Below are positions 15,384 to 19,007 of a stretch of 19,007 nt of DNA, in pieces. Made by a program: the position numbers and the translations under genes. Source of the DNA: Thecamonas trahens ATCC 50062 (Eukaryota > Protista > Apusomonadida); NCBI RefSeq assembly GCF_000142905.1, contig NW_013657632.1:296626-315632 (forward strand), written 5' to 3'. Below the pieces are notes generated by a model. It saw only the letters and a program-made list of their open reading frames with translations. It had not been told where the DNA came from and did no database searches. Positions within the stretch are counted from its first letter, which is position 1; each line of letters starts with the position of its first letter.

Positions 15384-17400
15384 CTAGCGGCGTGCTTGGA
15401 AGATGGTGATGGCCTTGTCGACGTGCTGGAGGATGTTGGCGCGGTCGGCCTGGAGGGCGGCGATGTTGCCCGTGGCGATGGTGACGTGATCCCTGACGTC
15501 GGCGAGCTCGGCCTTGGTGTCGGCGAGCTCGGCCTTGGTATCGGCGAGCTCGGCCTTGGTGTCGGCGAGCTCGGTCCTGGTGTCGGCGAGCTCGACCTTG
15601 GTGTCGGCGAGCTCGGCCTTGGTGTCGGCGAGCTCGGCCTCGAGTTTGTCCACGCGAGTGGAGGACCCAGCAGAGGCGCCTGCACCGCCGCCAATGTCGC
15701 CACCAGCAGCGATGGTCTCACGGACGTGGTCAGCAACACGCTCCGGGATAGAGCTTGTACCAACGATGAGGTTGTAGACTTCTTTTGCAGCCGCGTTGGT
15801 GTCGCTTCCAGGCTTGTTGAGCACAGCCGAGGCAATTGACATGGCCGTCTCGCCGTTGGTCCCGAGAGCCCACACATCGGCACCCGCGGCGAGCAGTGCC
15901 ATGGTTGCGAGGATGTTGGAGGGCGAGACAGCGATGTGGAGCGGGCGCAGTTCAAGGGACGGCTCGAGGGCATTGATGTCGGCGCCGGAGTTGATGAGGA
16001 AGGTGAAGACTGGGATGGAGAACGGGATTGTGTCTGCGGCATGAAGGACGATGAAGAGGGCGAGGGTGGCCTTATTGATGCCGCTGGTTAGCTCGGTGGC
16101 GCCGTCGCCATGCTCGCGGATCCAGGCAACCATCGCAGATGAGAACGCTGGAGATCGCTCCACGGGAGCAGCTACGTACACGTGCGTGTTGTCCGGCTGC
16201 AGCGTGAAGGGATCGAGACCAACTCCGCCCAGCTCGGCCATAGCCTCAGCTGTCAGCTGGTTCGCGGCGATAATGGTGTCGAGCACAGTGGCGCCGTTTC
16301 CGTCGACGGCAGACTGGTCGAGGACGACATCCAGGGCGGCGACTGCCTCGAGGAGAGCCTTGAGGGCACCGTGCTCCGTGTTGGCAGCCGCGACATGAAT
16401 GACGGGCGTATTGAATGTGGGTTCAACAGCGTTGACGTCTGCACCAGCGGTGACGAGCTCGGAGACGATGTCGGCTGAGATCGGGACGGTCGGTGAGGCG
16501 CGGAGGGCGACAAAGAGGGCGAGGGTGGCCTTGTTGATGCCGTTGGCGAGCTTGGTGGCGCCGTCAGCGTTGGCCTGCAGCGACTCGATCATGAGGTCGA
16601 CAAAGACCGGCGCAGAGGATGCGGGCGAATGCACATACGCGTGCTTGTTGTCATCATCGAGATCGTAGAGGTCTGCGCCGTTGGCAAGCAGCGTGTTGAG
16701 CGCGCCGAGGGAGAGGAGGTTACAGCGGTCTATGGCATGCACCGGATGGGGCACATGGGCCTGAGCAACGTCAAGCAATGCATGGGCGTGCTGCGATGCA
16801 GGGAAGTCTGGTTGGGCGATGGTAGTGCGCGCGCGACCCAAGTCGAGGGTAACCTTGGAGCAGTTGTCCAAGCGGACGGTTGTGAGGTTGGGGCAGCCAC
16901 CGGCGAGGGCGACCACTGCCGCATCGGTGATGTTGAAGCAGTTGCCCAAGAGGAGGATTGTGAGGTTGGGGCAGCCACCGGCGAGGGTGACCACTGCCGC
17001 ATCGGTGATGTTGGAGCAGTTGCCGAAGCCGAGGAATGTGAGGTTGGGGCAGCCACCGGCGAGGGCGACCACTGCCGCATCGGTGATGTCGGAGCAGTTG
17101 TACAAGTAGAGGGTTGTGAGGTTGGGGCAGCCACCAGCGAGGGCGACCACTGCCGCATAAAATGATGTTGGAGCAGTTGTACAAGTCGAGGAATGTGAGG
17201 TTGGGGCAGCCGCCGGCCACGGCCACCACTGCCGCATCGGTGATGTTGGAGCAGTAGTCCAAGCGGAGGGATGTGAGGTTGGGGCAGCCACCGGCGAGGG
17301 CGACCACTGCCGCATCGGTGATGTTGGAGCAGCTAAACAAGTCGAGGGTTGTGAGGTTGGGGCACATCTCCGCCACCACCATGGCCATGGCGTCGGTGAA
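15384..17400 (-). CDS. LRR (7 x 26 aa, Cys-containing) - duplicated ankyrin module - coiled-coil protein; one frameshift at 17159-17162; start uncertain
   Basis: CPNLTxLxLxxCSNITDAAVVALAGG repeats span two ORF frames joined at a +1 lesion. Ankyrin motifs LVTAGADVNA..TPVIHVAAA, LINSGADINA..RPLHIAV, LLAAGADVWALGTNGETAMSIA. C-terminal (ELADTKA)n heptads. The 5' end lies next to the assembly gap. Confidence 0.85.
15498..15640. repeat. 21-bp coding tandem repeat x7 (ELADTKA heptads)
   Basis: gtcggcgagctcggccttggt units start at 15498, 15519, 15540, 15561, 15582, 15603 and 15624. Confidence 0.95.
16850..17400. repeat. 78-bp coding tandem repeat x7 (LRR units)
   Basis: Anchor gtgaggttgggg at 16882, 16960, 17038, 17116, 17195, 17273 and 17351; spacings 78, 78, 78, 79, 78, 78. 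Confidence 0.96.
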
Positions 17401-17552
17401 GGACTCATTGTAACTCGCCCCCACCTCGCCCACGCCCACGCCATTCCCCAGACCCCCAATCCCTCCTCCACCGACCTCGCCTCCTTCACGACCACCACTC
17501 GTCCAGCCCCGGTCCAACCATACTCCCTCTCCTATCTATCAGAGAGAGAGGA

Positions 17553-17690
17553 NNNNNNNNNNNNNNNNNNNNNNNNNNNNNNNNNNNNNNNNNNNNNNNN
17601 NNNNNNNNNNNNNNNNNNNNNNNNNNNNNNNNNNNNNNNNNNNNNNNNNNNNNNNNNNNNNNNNNNNNNNNNNNNNNNNNNNNNNNNNNN
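17553..17690. other. Assembly gap (138 N)
   Basis: Run of N. Confidence 1.
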
Positions 17691-19007
17691 CACCATACTC
17701 ATTGCCCACTTACACATCCTCTCAATCACCCTCTGTACACCCCCGTGGTCCCGTATCCATCATTCCCGTCAGACCACCCCGTCACCCTCCATTGGTCCTC
17801 CCGGCACTGTAACGTCAATCTCGGCACTGTGACGTCGTGCCCTTCCCTGCCCGTCTGCCGAGGAAGCCCACCACACCGCCACGCCGCCCTTTCCGCCGCT
17901 CCGTCGGATGGGTCACTGCCTTGATCACTTCCGCAATGGTCTCGCTCTTCCCTCTCCGGGGCATGCCTCTCCGTCGGCCTCTCTCCAACCCGTCCTTCTG
18001 CCGGACGTCGTCGATGACTTCTGCGGACATGCCCAACACGCTGCTGTGCTCGTGGGTGTCTCGATCAACGTCTGCTGGCCAATGCGCCTCTGTCTTGCCT
18101 AACTTCTGCTGATGGGCTGGTTGGGCTTGGCCGGCCGATCGCCGGGGGGTGGGTCACTGTGCTGATCGACGCGATCCGGCAGGCAGAGATGGCGAGCGCG
18201 ATAGATGCGAGGACATCTCGAGCCGTCAAGCGAGCGGGGCGATCGGCTGGTTGGGAGCTGGAGATGGCCGAGCGCACTTGGTACAGGCACTGTGAGATGC
18301 CCGATCTGTCCTTGAGCTCGGCTGATCGATGGGGATCATGGTCGATGTCGAAGCTGGCGTCCCGCGTGAGGATGGATGAGGTCGAGCGCCATGCGGCTTG
18401 AGCCTGTGGTCTGTGTCAGCAATCACTAGAACCGATGCGATGACGATGGGTACTACATGTTGTGTGACTTTCACAACTGCTGGACGTGTGCCTGTAGGAA
18501 GGACGGCATGTTGTGGGAAAGTGCCGATGCTGTGCGGCGGGCGTGGGCAGGGGGGGTCTCTGTAGTGATGCCGATTGCGATCGGGGCGATGGCCGCGGTG
18601 GAGCGCCGATGAGCCTTGCGGCGATGGCTACGACATGACGTGAGGGGGTAAATGGTCATCGGGCGGTTGGTACTGGGGATGTGGGCCACGGACTGAGTAC
18701 ATAGTTGTGACGAGCGCTGCGATGCGAGTGCGTCATGGGGCGTGGCCACGACTGAGGTGTATGCGTGGATGGCTTTATCGACTGGCCAGTTGCTGGACAG
18801 CAGGCTCGTGACCAGCAAGCAGGTGATGGGATGGGAGAGGATGGATATCTGCATCATCCGTCAGTCTGTCCGATGAGTGTGTGTCGATGCTTGGATGGAA
18901 TGGGAAGGTGGAGGGAGCGGAGCAGTGATCACCAGTTCGTTCGGCGACGGACGATTCAGAGCTACGACAAGTATAACTCCACACACCGCTTCTACACGGA
19001 TCTCCGC

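Noticed and set aside
16850-17400. CRISPR-like look of constant repeats with variable segments
   Set aside because: The period is 78 bp (26 codons), it encodes LRRs, the variable parts are short and homologous to each other, and no cas genes are present.
17691-19007. Short ORFs after the gap and a 20-bp-period imperfect repeat at 17802-17836
   Set aside because: No recognisable domain or consistent frame; may be decayed coding or intergenic DNA.

Overview
GC-rich, intron-poor eukaryotic (protist-like) DNA with one scaffold gap (N, 17553-17690). The style resembles an apusomonad such as Thecamonas, but this is inference only. Left to right: (1) a ~1230-bp-period duplication that joins a truncated ankyrin gene (-) to a second copy of the 3' end of the next gene; (2) a ~700-aa polytopic membrane protein (-) with PHTF / 7TM-ion-channel (GR/OR superfamily)-like motifs; (3) a divergently transcribed gene (+) with Cys-containing LRRs and a C-terminal TIR domain that keeps the catalytic Glu, split by frame changes that map to C-runs; (4) an uninterrupted ~2070-aa membrane-anchored DUF1800-DUF1501 fusion (-); (5) a 5'-truncated, stop-interrupted CbbX/SpoVK-type AAA+ fragment with a C-terminal C/C/H motif, joined out of frame to a signal-peptide + SerPro6 5' end; (6) a decayed + strand membrane-protein gene, possibly with a HET-like domain; (7) an LRR-ankyrin-coiled-coil gene (-) whose seven 78-bp LRR units are near-identical except at the predicted ligand-binding face. 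The main candidate system is a rapidly turning-over cluster of innate-immunity-like genes in which one LRR class is coupled to different output modules. All family calls come from motif recognition by eye; no searches were run.
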